Shown here: one piece after another, positions 29,460 through 39,248 of the stretch
How the letters are laid out: every line of letters begins with the position of its first letter
Numbering within the stretch: position 1 is the stretch's first letter
DNA from: an uncultured Bacilli bacterium
Lineage (GTDB): Bacteria; Bacillota_I; Bacilli_A; RF39; UBA660
Assembly: GCA_947588975.1 (NCBI GenBank)
Contig: CANQAF010000001.1
Location: forward strand, 1 to 47,570
DNA: 47,570 nucleotides
Direction of reading: 5' to 3'
The notes under the pieces: model-generated
Database searches by the model: none
Seen by the model: the letters and a program-made list of their open reading frames with translations, nothing else
What the model was told of the DNA's origin: nothing
Program-made: the position numbers and the translations under genes

Positions 29460-29465
29460 GCAATA

Positions 29466-30638
29466 TCAATATTGTAACTCAAGACTTTTGATAAGAAAAT
29501 ATGTACTATAATTATAATATCCTTGGTATTCTATATAAATATAATACTTGTCTTGTCTAGAGGATAAATCTAATTCCAAAGTTTGTTCTTTTTCGTTAAA
29601 ACCTTCATAACGGTCTCCATATACTTCGTTATTTTGATTTGCACTTGATCCTAATTGTGCACCATTATTATTTTCGTAAAACCCGCAAGAACCACAAGCT
29701 GAATTCCATTGATTTGATCCATTACTAGTCGACTTAGATATTTTTAGAGAAACAGCCAGACTATTTAGACTTGTTTGATATGTGAGTATTAATTTACTAT
29801 ATCCAGTTGTATCAATCATTGCATTGGTTCGAATAATACCCATATGATTTGGTGTAGCTGAATGTATAGCACAATTCATTCGATAGCCACTTTCACTAGA
29901 AGAAAATGAAATTCCACCACCTTTATAATGTGTTGTAAAATTTGAAAAAAGGTTATATTGATTATTTTTGTACAAATAAGTGGAGAATGCACTCTTTTCT
30001 ATTGTAAAATCTTGAGAACTTACTTTTCCATATTTATCTTTTACCCATGCTGTATAGTCTCCCGCTTCTGTTGCTTCTTTAGCTTCCCATTCTGCTGTCG
30101 TTTCTTTCAACCCATCTACCGGAGTCCATTCCTTAACTTCTTCTTCCTTTTTTGTAACTGCATATCCAATTACACCAACCTCACTTTTTAATGTGATAGA
30201 AGCTTTTTTCCCTTCTACATTTACTGATACTTCAGGTAACTCTACAGTACTTTCACATGTAACTGCTTGTGGATCTACTAATGAATATTCTCCTTCTTCA
30301 TATTCATTAACAAGTACTTTCACGACTTTGTTAAGAGGAATATTTTTTCCTGTTGACAAATCTTGAAGAGGATTTTTTAGTTTTCCAACATTTACTAATG
30401 ATTCAAGAGAAATACAATAAGTTTCCCCTGCAACCATTGGGTACATACTTTGTCTTTCCTTAATATATAATTCAGTTGCGTCATATATTAATTGCATTGA
30501 TGCTTCGCTAATATTATCCTTTTGTGACTGAAGTTGATTTAAAATGGATGGTAAAATAATAATTGTTAATAATGCAATAATCAGTACTACCGCAATCATT
30601 TCTGTTAATGTAAAACCTTTTTGTTTCATTTGGTTCAT
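29466..30638 (-). CDS. Type IV pilin/pseudopilin-like protein with Ig-like and C-terminal beta-sandwich extension
   Basis: Canonical class III signal MNQMKQKG/FTLTEMIAVVLIIALLTIIILPS (Gly-1, Phe+1, Glu+5). Start at ATG 30638, 7 nt after SD GGAGTG. About 390 aa, far larger than a structural pilin. Confidence 0.8.
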   Translation of the reverse strand: MNQMKQKGFTLTEMIAVVLIIALLTIIILPSILNQLQSQKDNISEASMQLIYDATELYIKERQSMYPMVAGETYCISLESLVNVGKLKNPLQDLSTGKNIPLNKVVKVLVNEYEEGEYSLVDPQAVTCESTVELPEVSVNVEGKKASITLKSEVGVIGYAVTKKEEEVKEWTPVDGLKETTAEWEAKEATEAGDYTAWVKDKYGKVSSQDFTIEKSAFSTYLYKNNQYNLFSNFTTHYKGGGISFSSSESGYRMNCAIHSATPNHMGIIRTNAMIDTTGYSKLILTYQTSLNSLAVSLKISKSTSNGSNQWNSACGSCGFYENNNGAQLGSSANQNNEVYGDRYEGFNEKEQTLELDLSSRQDKYYIYIEYQGYYNYSTYFLIKSLELQY

Positions 30639-30730
30639 CAAGATCACTCCTACTTCTATTTTGACATTTTTATTCTTATTTTATTCTTATATACACCATT
30701 AGTGTACTATACTTTATTTCTTTTTTCAAT

Positions 30731-30857
30731 ACAATAAAAAGAGGGGATTACCCCCCCCCCGTTTGCATATAGCATGCTTGATATTTTCTGCCACTTACAA
30801 ACTATTTTATGATTTTATTGACATATTGATTATAACAAAAAGAAATCTTGAATTCAA
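30731..30857 (-). promoter_or_regulatory. Conserved promoter-leader element, copy 2
   Basis: Minus sense: TTGAAT (30857-30852), 17 nt, TATAAT (30834-30829). Stem GUUUGUA...UAUGCAAAC encloses GGCA-N14-UGCU. Then G10 (30760-30751), UAAU, CCCCUC (30746-30741) and U5 (30740-30736). A further approximately 85 nt separates it from the SD. Confidence 0.65.
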
Positions 30858-31792
30858 GATTCTTCTGTTTCTTTTATGATATAAATTGGTCTATGCTTTG
30901 TTTCCAAATATGCTTTTGATAAATATTGGCCCATAATTCCAATACAAAATAATTGAACCCCACTGACAAAGAAAATAATGCATACCAGTGATGGCCAACC
31001 TACCGTTGGATCTCCAACGGTAAGAGTTTTAATAATAATTGCAATAATTGCGACAAATGATATTAAACAAAATACAATACCAATTATTCCTGCAAGTATC
31101 AAAGGTACTGTAGAAAAAGCCGTAATACCATCTAAAGCGTAAAGAAATAATTTCCAAAAGGACCACTTTGTTTCTCCAGCTACTCTTTTGACATTTTCAT
31201 ATTCAATCCATTTGGTATCAAAACCAACAAAGCTAAATAAACCTTTTGAATAACGATTATATTCTTTTAAAGATAAAATAGCATCCACTACTTGGCGTTT
31301 CATTAAGCGATAATCCCTTGCACCATCTACCATTTCCACTTTAGACATACGGTTAATTAATTTATAAAAGCATCTAGCAAAAAAACTACGAATCGGAGGT
31401 TCTCCTTTACGTGTCACACGTCTTGTGCCTACCATATCATATCCCTCATTGATAATGGTATTATACATTTCTATTAATAATGCAGGAGGGTCTTGTAAAT
31501 CTGCATCCATTATTGTTACATAATCGCCTTTTGCATATTCTAATCCTGCATACATAGCAGCTTCTTTTCCAAAATTTCTAGAAAAAGAAATATAACGAAC
31601 TCTCTTATCTTTTTGACTGAAGTCTTTTATCATTTTCAATGTTTGATCTTTTGAACCATCATTTACAAATAAAAATTCAAAATTCACATTTTTCATTTGC
31701 TCAGCAATTTTTATAATCTCTTCATAAAAATAAGAAATTGATTCTTGTTCATTATAGCAAGGGACCACTACTGTCAATAAATCTTTTTTCAT
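30854..31792 (-). CDS. GT2 polyprenyl-phosphate glycosyltransferase (GtrB/CsbB/ArnC-like)
   Basis: VVPCYNE, NDGSKD, DADLQDPP, plus two C-terminal TM helices. ATGA overlap with the upstream gene. Confidence 0.85.
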   Translation of the reverse strand: MKKDLLTVVVPCYNEQESISYFYEEIIKIAEQMKNVNFEFLFVNDGSKDQTLKMIKDFSQKDKRVRYISFSRNFGKEAAMYAGLEYAKGDYVTIMDADLQDPPALLIEMYNTIINEGYDMVGTRRVTRKGEPPIRSFFARCFYKLINRMSKVEMVDGARDYRLMKRQVVDAILSLKEYNRYSKGLFSFVGFDTKWIEYENVKRVAGETKWSFWKLFLYALDGITAFSTVPLILAGIIGIVFCLISFVAIIAIIIKTLTVGDPTVGWPSLVCIIFFVSGVQLFCIGIMGQYLSKAYLETKHRPIYIIKETEES

Positions 31793-32586
31793 TTTAACCT
31801 CCCTGTATAGAACATTTTATGTCCTATATATGTAATCATATCTGCAACCAATGTAATCATTATCATAGCACAAGTTTGTTCAAAATATATAAACCAAAAC
31901 CATTGTGCGAAAGCAAGAAAAACTCCCCACACAATTTCAAAACTATAACTCTTTTTTTGGTATGTAAAACCAATTAATACTATATAAGAAATAAGCCAAC
32001 TTAGCCACATATTATTTGAAGCTATAGGTACTTGATTAATTCCAATTTGTAATAATAATGCACAAATTGCATAAAATAGGAAAATCATGAAATCTTTTCT
32101 TTTTGTACTAGTAGTATCTATATAATTGGAAACCATTGAAACCATCTGTTCATTATTTAGTTGATATGGTCTAGGTTGAAAAGTATGTATTTTCCTAATT
32201 GCTTTTTTTAAATCAGATACTTGATTACAACCTATAATATAATGTTCTTGATTAAATTTTTGAATAATCTGTAATTGATGATCATTTTCATGTTCTTTGT
32301 ATTCTTTTAATCTTGGAACAGCTATTACTTTTTTATTTTTCTTTAAAGCATCTAAGATCGTCCCAACTCCACCATGTGTAATAATATAATCACTTTGTTC
32401 TACATAATCTAAAAATTGTTTAGGTCGTAAATTAGCATGAATTTCCATTACTTTAGATTTATATTTTGTCGTTCCTGCTTGTACAATTACTTTTTCTTGA
32501 ATCGTACCATCCAATATCAATGCTTCCACTTCTGCAAGCAATCTTGGAAATTTTTTATCTTGTGTTCCTAATATCACAAATATCAT
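31789..32586 (-). CDS. Alg13-like (GT28 C-terminal domain, PssE/Cps14G-type) glycosyltransferase subunit fused to a C-terminal membrane domain
   Basis: N-terminal approximately 160 aa: MIFVILGTQ...ITHGGVGTILDAL...VPRL...HENDHQLQI. C-terminal approximately 100 aa with 3-4 TM helices. ATGA overlaps on both sides. Confidence 0.75.
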   Translation of the reverse strand: MIFVILGTQDKKFPRLLAEVEALILDGTIQEKVIVQAGTTKYKSKVMEIHANLRPKQFLDYVEQSDYIITHGGVGTILDALKKNKKVIAVPRLKEYKEHENDHQLQIIQKFNQEHYIIGCNQVSDLKKAIRKIHTFQPRPYQLNNEQMVSMVSNYIDTTSTKRKDFMIFLFYAICALLLQIGINQVPIASNNMWLSWLISYIVLIGFTYQKKSYSFEIVWGVFLAFAQWFWFIYFEQTCAMIMITLVADMITYIGHKMFYTGRLK

Positions 32587-33053
32587 TTAAAAATACACCC
32601 CCCAAACTTAGCTTTTGGGTATATATTTAGCATGCTTTCCCATTGAACTATAAATAAATCTGCAAAAGGGTAAATAACTTTACCAGTTGCGGTTTTATTT
32701 TCTATATTTGCAAATGTTTCAATATAAATTACTTTACTACCCATAATTTTAGCAATCATACACATAGGTCCAGCTGTATGTGTACCTGTAGTTACTACAT
32801 AGTCTGGTCTTATTTTTAAATATTGATAAAGACTCATAACACAATTTACTAGTAATATAAACGGATAACACCATATATGATGCCTAGTCCCATATAATAA
32901 ATAAGATGTATTTTTATATTTTTCTTTTAAAAATGTAGTTGTTTTTGTCTTTTCTGTCATAAAATAAGAATCATAATTTGCAAATAGAGTATCTAATTGC
33001 AATAATTCATTTAAATGACCTCCTTGACTTGAAATCCAAAGTACCTTTTTCAT
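32583..33053 (-). CDS. Alg14-like (PssD/Cps14F-type) glycosyltransferase subunit, without TM anchor
   Basis: Start at ATG 33053 (MKKVLWISSQGGHLNELLQL), in an ATGA overlap with the GT4 gene. Contains TTGTHTAGP. Confidence 0.75.
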   Translation of the reverse strand: MKKVLWISSQGGHLNELLQLDTLFANYDSYFMTEKTKTTTFLKEKYKNTSYLLYGTRHHIWCYPFILLVNCVMSLYQYLKIRPDYVVTTGTHTAGPMCMIAKIMGSKVIYIETFANIENKTATGKVIYPFADLFIVQWESMLNIYPKAKFGGCIFK

Positions 33054-34183
33054 ATTGTTTCCTTTTCTAATAATGCTAACCATTGTTTTATCACTTCACT
33101 CATTTGATATGATATTGCTTTTTTCATACCATTATCTCCCATTATAATTCTTCTATTTTGATTTTGAATCAATTCACAAATTCTTTTTGTCATTTGCTCT
33201 TTATTACGATCTTTCACTAAATACCCATCCCAATTATTACTAATCAAGAAATTTGCGCCTTCTGCACTATCAAAAGCAACACATGGTAGCCCAAAAGAAA
33301 AAGCTTCTAATATTACAATTCCAAATGATTCGGTAAAAGATGTCATCACATAAATAGATGAATGTTCTAATAAATGATTGATATATTCTTTTCCCTGATA
33401 ACCATGTAATGTAATATTATTTTGTAATTGAAATTGATTGATTTTTTTTGTAAGAGAGTTCCGTTCTGCCCCATCTCCAATAATGTCTAAGTTCCAATCT
33501 GGGTATAGTTTATGTACCATATAGAATACATCTATTAAATCAGAATAACCTTTTTCTTTAGACAATCTTCCAACCGAAATAATTCGTTTTTCTGTTTGTT
33601 TAGATATTTCATTTTGAAAATCTTCAATTGCATTTGGTATATAGATACAAGGACAGTTTACTTTTGATTCATATATTTTTTTAATTTCCGGTGAAACAAG
33701 TACAAAAGCATCTAAATTCCTTACTGAGTGAATTACCTTTTTCATATAATTTTGATTCCCATGTGGATGATTATGCTCCCAACCAATTTTATATACACTT
33801 TTTTTACCATATTTTCCTAGCCATTTATTATGAATATCTCTTGTTGAAATTATAATATCACTATTACAATTTTTAATTGCCTCAATCATCTTTGACTTTT
33901 TTAATGCTAATGTATGGATCGCTTTCAAGCCTTCTTTCCACGCTTGAAAAAGTTGAAAATGTTTCAATGCAGATAAAAATTCTTGGCGATTAGGGCTTGT
34001 GTCCTTAAGTAAATATTTTATCTGAATTCGCTTATCTAAAAAAAAGGCAGGATGTTCATTTAATTCATACGTAGAGATAATTTCTACTTTGTAATTATTG
34101 CATAATGCGTTTGCAAGCATAGAAATACATTTTTCTATTCCTCCATATCCTAAATGGAGCGCTAAAATGGTTACCTTTTTCAT
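33050..34183 (-). CDS. GT4-family (GT-B fold) glycosyltransferase
   Basis: Start at ATG 34183 (MKKVTILALHLGYGGIEK) after SD GGTGAT. EX7E region ESFGIVILEAFSFGLP. Confidence 0.85.
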   Translation of the reverse strand: MKKVTILALHLGYGGIEKCISMLANALCNNYKVEIISTYELNEHPAFFLDKRIQIKYLLKDTSPNRQEFLSALKHFQLFQAWKEGLKAIHTLALKKSKMIEAIKNCNSDIIISTRDIHNKWLGKYGKKSVYKIGWEHNHPHGNQNYMKKVIHSVRNLDAFVLVSPEIKKIYESKVNCPCIYIPNAIEDFQNEISKQTEKRIISVGRLSKEKGYSDLIDVFYMVHKLYPDWNLDIIGDGAERNSLTKKINQFQLQNNITLHGYQGKEYINHLLEHSSIYVMTSFTESFGIVILEAFSFGLPCVAFDSAEGANFLISNNWDGYLVKDRNKEQMTKRICELIQNQNRRIIMGDNGMKKAISYQMSEVIKQWLALLEKETI

Positions 34184-34269
34184 AGAATCACCACTTTTAT
34201 TATACGACAAAAATATGTTAGAGTAAAGTTTCTATCCATAATAAAAAATTATAGATATTTCACTATAAT

Positions 34270-34650
34270 TTAATTTTCTATAAAAATTTTTCTTGTTACA
34301 AAATTCCATACCATAACTATAGCAGTCGCCACTAATTTACTTAACATATAGTATATTTTCCATAAATCAGTCATCACATACATAACAAGTTGGTTAATGC
34401 CTAATCCAATCACACTTAATATGACAAATATCATAATTTCTTTATAAGTTTGTTTCTTTTGTACATCAAATACCCAATAAATACTTGCAATATAATTGAA
34501 AATAAGCGAGATAGTAAACGACATAATGGATGAAATAAGATAATGAATATGTATAAATTCGGTAAATATATATAGTAATGAATAATCAATAAGAAACGCA
34601 ATTACCCCTACAATACCAAATCTTATAATTTGTTTAATTAAATTTTTCAT
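34270..34650 (-). CDS. GtrA-family membrane protein (polyprenyl-P-sugar flippase-like)
   Basis: 126 aa, 4 TM helices, N-terminus IIRFGIVGVIAFLIDYSLLYIF. Confidence 0.8.
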   Translation of the reverse strand: MKNLIKQIIRFGIVGVIAFLIDYSLLYIFTEFIHIHYLISSIMSFTISLIFNYIASIYWVFDVQKKQTYKEIMIFVILSVIGLGINQLVMYVMTDLWKIYYMLSKLVATAIVMVWNFVTRKIFIEN

Positions 34651-34673
34651 TTCATTTTTATTTGCAAAAAAAT

Positions 34674-35438
34674 CTATAATTCTTCTGCAAAACCTTTCTC
34701 TAACTTTTTAAAGACAAATATTCCAAATATCAGTAATAAAATAGATATAACTAAAATTCCAATCAAATTGAACATATTTGGGAATTGTTGGTAATATAAA
34801 ATATGTCTGTAACTTTCAATAATTATTGTCATTGGATTTAATCTTAATATCCATGCAAAATCTCCAAATAATTCACTAGAATATAATACTGGTGTTGCAT
34901 AAAACAGCATTGTTACAAAAAAATTAACAATATATTCAAAATCTCTTATATAGACATTTATAGATCCTGTAATAAAAATAATGCCTAATAATAATAGATA
35001 CTCCGCTATTATTACTAATGGTAATAATAACATGTACCAACTAAACCCAATACCACTACACAATAAAAATACACAGATAATAGGAATACAAATAATAAAA
35101 TTAACTAGTCCACTAGTTGCTACCGATACTGGTAAAATTTCTCGTGGAAAGTATACTTTTTTGATAATTCCTGCATTGGATAAAAATGTAAATGTTCCTT
35201 GTGATATGACGGTTGTAAAAAAATTCCAGGGTAATATTCCTATTACGATATAAGTTACATAATGTGGTTCTCCGCTCTTTAGAATAAATGGAAAAACAAT
35301 TGCATATACAAGTGTCATTAATAAAGGGTTCACAAATGACCATAAAACACCTAAAAATGAGCCTTTATATTTTCCGCGAATTTCTTTTTTTACATTACTT
35401 TTAAATAATTCTCGATATTGATACAAATTTTTTAGCAT
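34674..35438 (-). CDS. ABC-2 type glycopolymer export permease (TagG/Wzm-like)
   Basis: 6-TM ABC-2 pattern. Start at ATG 35438 (MLKNLYQYREL) after GGGTGAT; the ORF-track start at 35450 is a GTG without SD. Confidence 0.85.
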   Translation of the reverse strand: MLKNLYQYRELFKSNVKKEIRGKYKGSFLGVLWSFVNPLLMTLVYAIVFPFILKSGEPHYVTYIVIGILPWNFFTTVISQGTFTFLSNAGIIKKVYFPREILPVSVATSGLVNFIICIPIICVFLLCSGIGFSWYMLLLPLVIIAEYLLLLGIIFITGSINVYIRDFEYIVNFFVTMLFYATPVLYSSELFGDFAWILRLNPMTIIIESYRHILYYQQFPNMFNLIGILVISILLLIFGIFVFKKLEKGFAEEL

Positions 35439-35442
35439 TTTA

Positions 35443-36183
35443 TCACCCACAAACTTTCAAATATTCGTCAATAACTTCTATAGGATCTCCATCCATACGA
35501 ATTTGACCATTATAAATCCAAATAGCACGATTACATAAATTTTTTATAGCATCTAAGTTATGACTTACAATTACAATTGTTTTGTCGCTATTTTTTAACT
35601 CCGTTAATTTTTCAAAGCATTTGTCCTGAAAATGTTGATCGCCAACTGCTAATATTTCATCTATTAATAAAATGTCTGCATCTACATTAATTGCAATCGA
35701 AAAAGCAAGGCGCATATACATACCTGAAGAATAAGTTCTAACAGGGCTATCGATATAATCATGTAATTCTGAGAAATCAATAATATCTTGGATACGTTGA
35801 TCAATTTCTTTTTTTGTTAATCCAAAAATAGAAGCATTGAAATAAATATTTTCACGCCCAGAAAAATCGGGATGAAATCCAGCACCTAATTCTAATAGTG
35901 ATGTTAATTTACCGTTGGTTTGCAGACTTCCATGAGTAGGATAAATAATTTTTGTCATCAACTTTAATAATGTAGACTTCCCACTGCCATTCGTTCCAAT
36001 TAAAGCAACAGTTTCCCCTTTATCAATAGTTAAATTAATATGTTCTAATACTGCTCTAGATTCTACTTTTTTCTTATTCCAAAATACAAATCTTTCTTTT
36101 AATGTACTTGGCTTATCATAAAATAATTTGAAAGATTTTGTTAAATCTTTTACTATGATTGCTTTTTTCCCATTTGTACTCAT
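35443..36183 (-). CDS. Glycopolymer export ABC ATPase (TagH/Wzt-like, short form)
   Basis: Walker A GTNGSGKST, signature YSSGMYMRLAF, Walker B ILLIDE. Start at ATG 36183 after SD GAGGAGG. Confidence 0.9.
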   Translation of the reverse strand: MSTNGKKAIIVKDLTKSFKLFYDKPSTLKERFVFWNKKKVESRAVLEHINLTIDKGETVALIGTNGSGKSTLLKLMTKIIYPTHGSLQTNGKLTSLLELGAGFHPDFSGRENIYFNASIFGLTKKEIDQRIQDIIDFSELHDYIDSPVRTYSSGMYMRLAFSIAINVDADILLIDEILAVGDQHFQDKCFEKLTELKNSDKTIVIVSHNLDAIKNLCNRAIWIYNGQIRMDGDPIEVIDEYLKVCG

Positions 36184-36239
36184 TTGATACCTCCTCATTT
36201 ATATGTAATTAACTACATATAATAGTAAAGTTATTATCA

Positions 36240-38066
36240 TTATAATTTTTTATCTAGTAAAAAACAACCTTTTTTACTAAAATTACAATTATAAAATTTA
36301 TCATTGTCAATATCATGTTTCCAATGACTATACATATAATCAGACTCTTGTAAAAAACGTTTATATTTCTCTGTTGTGGTATCAAGTCCTCTTGATTTTG
36401 ATTCATAATGATATAATTCTACTTGTGGGGCTAGTAAATTATAATAGCCTTGTTTTAATAAACGAATATTAAAATCAACATCATTATACGCTACTTTTAA
36501 CTCTTCGTTTAGTCCCTTTATTTCTAGATATTTTTTCTTTTCTATCATTAAGCAAGCCGCAGTAACCGCACTATAATTATATGGAACATTTAATCTTCCA
36601 AATATACCATTGTCATACTCAGTAGCGCCAATATAAGCATGCGATGCAACTCCCCCTAATCCTAAAATAACACCTGCATGTTGTACTCGATGATCTGGAT
36701 AATATAATTTTGCGCCAACTGCACCAATATGCGGTTGCATCGCATAGCCTACCATACATTCTAGCCAATTTGCAGTAATAATTTCAGTATCATTATTTAA
36801 TAATACAATAAACTCCCCTTTAGCATTTTGAACTCCAATATTATTGATATTAGAATAGTTAAATTCGGTGTTGACGTCAATAACCCTAAAATTCTTATAT
36901 GATTTATATTTTTCAAATAATTCAAAAGTCTCTTTTTCTATACTATTATTATTTAATACAATAATTTCATAATTAGAATAGCTAGTATTTTTATATATAG
37001 AAGCTAAACATGTATCTAAAGTAGAAGCATAATCGCGAGTTGGAATAATAATGGATACTATAGGTTCTTTATCATATAAATATTCTGTAATATAAAATGA
37101 TTTAGTTTTATCTTCTTTTACAATACCCTTGAGTCCTCTACGTAATAATGCTTCTTCCAATATTTTTTTCCCATTTGTGTATGTATAATTTTTAAATTTT
37201 TTTGCCATTGATGTAGAACCTTCTACCATTCTCCAATGATAAAGTATTTTTGGAATATGATATATTTTATTTGTATATTCTGAAAATCTTAAAAATAGAT
37301 CATAATCTTGTGACCCTTCAGTCCCTTCTCTAAAACCGCCAATATCTTCAACGATAGATCTTTTAAGCATAACAAGATGGCAAATATAATTCATACTCAT
37401 CAAAGTATCTGGAGACCAGTCTGGTTTAAAATGTGGCTCGCACCTTTTACCATGAGGATCAAGTTTATCTTCATCACTATAAATCATGTCCACGTCTGGA
37501 TTTTCATTAATTACTTTTACCATCTCATACAAGGCGTCCTTTTCAATAGTATCGTCATCATCTATTAATACAATATACTCTCCCTCTGCAAGAGAAAGCG
37601 CTGTATTACTTGCTTTCACAATATGCCCATTTTCTTCACGGTAAATTATTTTTATATTAGAATACAATTTTTGATACTCTTTTAAAACTTCAATTGTCTC
37701 CTTATTTGTAGAGTGATCATCTGCAATACAAATTTCATAATTGGGATATGACTGTTCTAAAATAGAATTTAAACATTCCCTTAAATAACTAGCTGCTACA
37801 TTGTAAACAGGCATAATTACAGATATAAGTGGTTTTTTTGGTAAATCTTTATATTCATCTAATGCTTCCTGTTCTTCTATCCAACATTGATATTCACTTC
37901 GAATATATGGATTATAAAATAAGTTTTTATCACCATTCTTAAATTTATCTACTGCAATAGTAAAATATCTCTTCCACATAGAGATAGGAATCATAAAATG
38001 ATATTCTTTCCATGCTAAGCGAATTCCTTTATATATTGTTCTACAAATACTTTTTATTTTTTTCAT
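36240..38066 (-). CDS. Two-domain GT2 glycosyltransferase
   Basis: Two GT-A modules: ISVIMPVYNV...ADDHS...DDDD and VSIIIPTRDY...LNNNS...NNDTE. Confidence 0.85.
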   Translation of the reverse strand: MKKIKSICRTIYKGIRLAWKEYHFMIPISMWKRYFTIAVDKFKNGDKNLFYNPYIRSEYQCWIEEQEALDEYKDLPKKPLISVIMPVYNVAASYLRECLNSILEQSYPNYEICIADDHSTNKETIEVLKEYQKLYSNIKIIYREENGHIVKASNTALSLAEGEYIVLIDDDDTIEKDALYEMVKVINENPDVDMIYSDEDKLDPHGKRCEPHFKPDWSPDTLMSMNYICHLVMLKRSIVEDIGGFREGTEGSQDYDLFLRFSEYTNKIYHIPKILYHWRMVEGSTSMAKKFKNYTYTNGKKILEEALLRRGLKGIVKEDKTKSFYITEYLYDKEPIVSIIIPTRDYASTLDTCLASIYKNTSYSNYEIIVLNNNSIEKETFELFEKYKSYKNFRVIDVNTEFNYSNINNIGVQNAKGEFIVLLNNDTEIITANWLECMVGYAMQPHIGAVGAKLYYPDHRVQHAGVILGLGGVASHAYIGATEYDNGIFGRLNVPYNYSAVTAACLMIEKKKYLEIKGLNEELKVAYNDVDFNIRLLKQGYYNLLAPQVELYHYESKSRGLDTTTEKYKRFLQESDYMYSHWKHDIDNDKFYNCNFSKKGCFLLDKKL

Positions 38067-38122
38067 TTTACCACCTAATATTATTATACATGATATTTGT
38101 ATACGAGTAAATTAAAAAGAAT

Positions 38123-39232
38123 TTAAGATTTCTTAAATTCCTGAATAATAATGTCTACAATTCTTTCACTTGCATGTCCATCACCATATGGATTATTGGC
38201 TTCGCTCATTTTCTTATACACACTCTCATTTGTCAACAATTCCTTTGTCATCTCATATATTGTTAATTCATCCGTCCCAGCCAATTTTAGAGTACCTGCC
38301 ATAATACCTTCTGGTCTTTCTGTAGTATCACGTAATACCAAAACAGGTTTTCCTAAAGATGGCGCTTCTTCTTGTACTCCACCACTATCTGTTAAAATGA
38401 GAAACGCTCTGTTTTGAAAATTATGAAAATCAAACACTTCCAATGGTTCTATGAGTTTGATCCTATCACAATCACAGAAAACTTCATTTGCAATTTGTCT
38501 AACTTTCGGATTTAAATGAATTGGGTATACTACTTTTACATCATCAAATTCATCTACAATTCTTTTTACTGCACGAAATATATGATACATAGGTTCTCCT
38601 AAATTTTCACGCCTATGTGCTGTAAGAAGAATCATGCGACTATCTCCTACCCAGTTTAAAACTTCATTATTATATTGTTCATTCACCGTCGTTTTCATTG
38701 CATCAATTACTGTATTACCTGTAATATAAATTTTTTTCTCATCTTTGCCTTCTTTAATCAAATTATCACGGCTCATTTTTGTTGGTGCAAAATAAAAATC
38801 TGTAATACAATCAACCATTTGGCGATTCATTTCTTCGGGATAAGGGGAATATTTATCCCATGTACGTAGTCCTGCTTCTACATGACCAACTGAAATTTGA
38901 TTGTAAAATGCAGCCATAGCTCCTGCAAAAGTTGTTGTAGTATCTCCATGCACCAATACAATATCTGGTTTTTCTTTTTGCATGACATTCTCTAATCCTA
39001 ATAAAGCATTGCAGGTAATTTCACTTAATGTTTGATTTTGTTTCATAATATTTAAATCATAATCAGGTGTAATTTCAAATGTTTCTAACACTTGATCTAA
39101 CATTTGTCTATGTTGCGCTGTTACACACACAATCGATTCAATATTGTTTCTTTTTTCTAATTCCTTTACTAAAGGTGCCATTTTAATTGCTTCTGGACGT
39201 GTGCCAAAAACTGTCATTACTTTTATTTTCAT
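38123..39232 (-). CDS. mnaA: UDP-N-acetylglucosamine 2-epimerase (non-hydrolysing)
   Basis: MKIKVMTVFGTRPEAIKMAPLV, HVEAGLRT, LTDSGGVQEEAP. Confidence 0.9.
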   Translation of the reverse strand: MKIKVMTVFGTRPEAIKMAPLVKELEKRNNIESIVCVTAQHRQMLDQVLETFEITPDYDLNIMKQNQTLSEITCNALLGLENVMQKEKPDIVLVHGDTTTTFAGAMAAFYNQISVGHVEAGLRTWDKYSPYPEEMNRQMVDCITDFYFAPTKMSRDNLIKEGKDEKKIYITGNTVIDAMKTTVNEQYNNEVLNWVGDSRMILLTAHRRENLGEPMYHIFRAVKRIVDEFDDVKVVYPIHLNPKVRQIANEVFCDCDRIKLIEPLEVFDFHNFQNRAFLILTDSGGVQEEAPSLGKPVLVLRDTTERPEGIMAGTLKLAGTDELTIYEMTKELLTNESVYKKMSEANNPYGDGHASERIVDIIIQEFKKS

Positions 39233-39248
39233 TCTGTGCCTCCATTTA

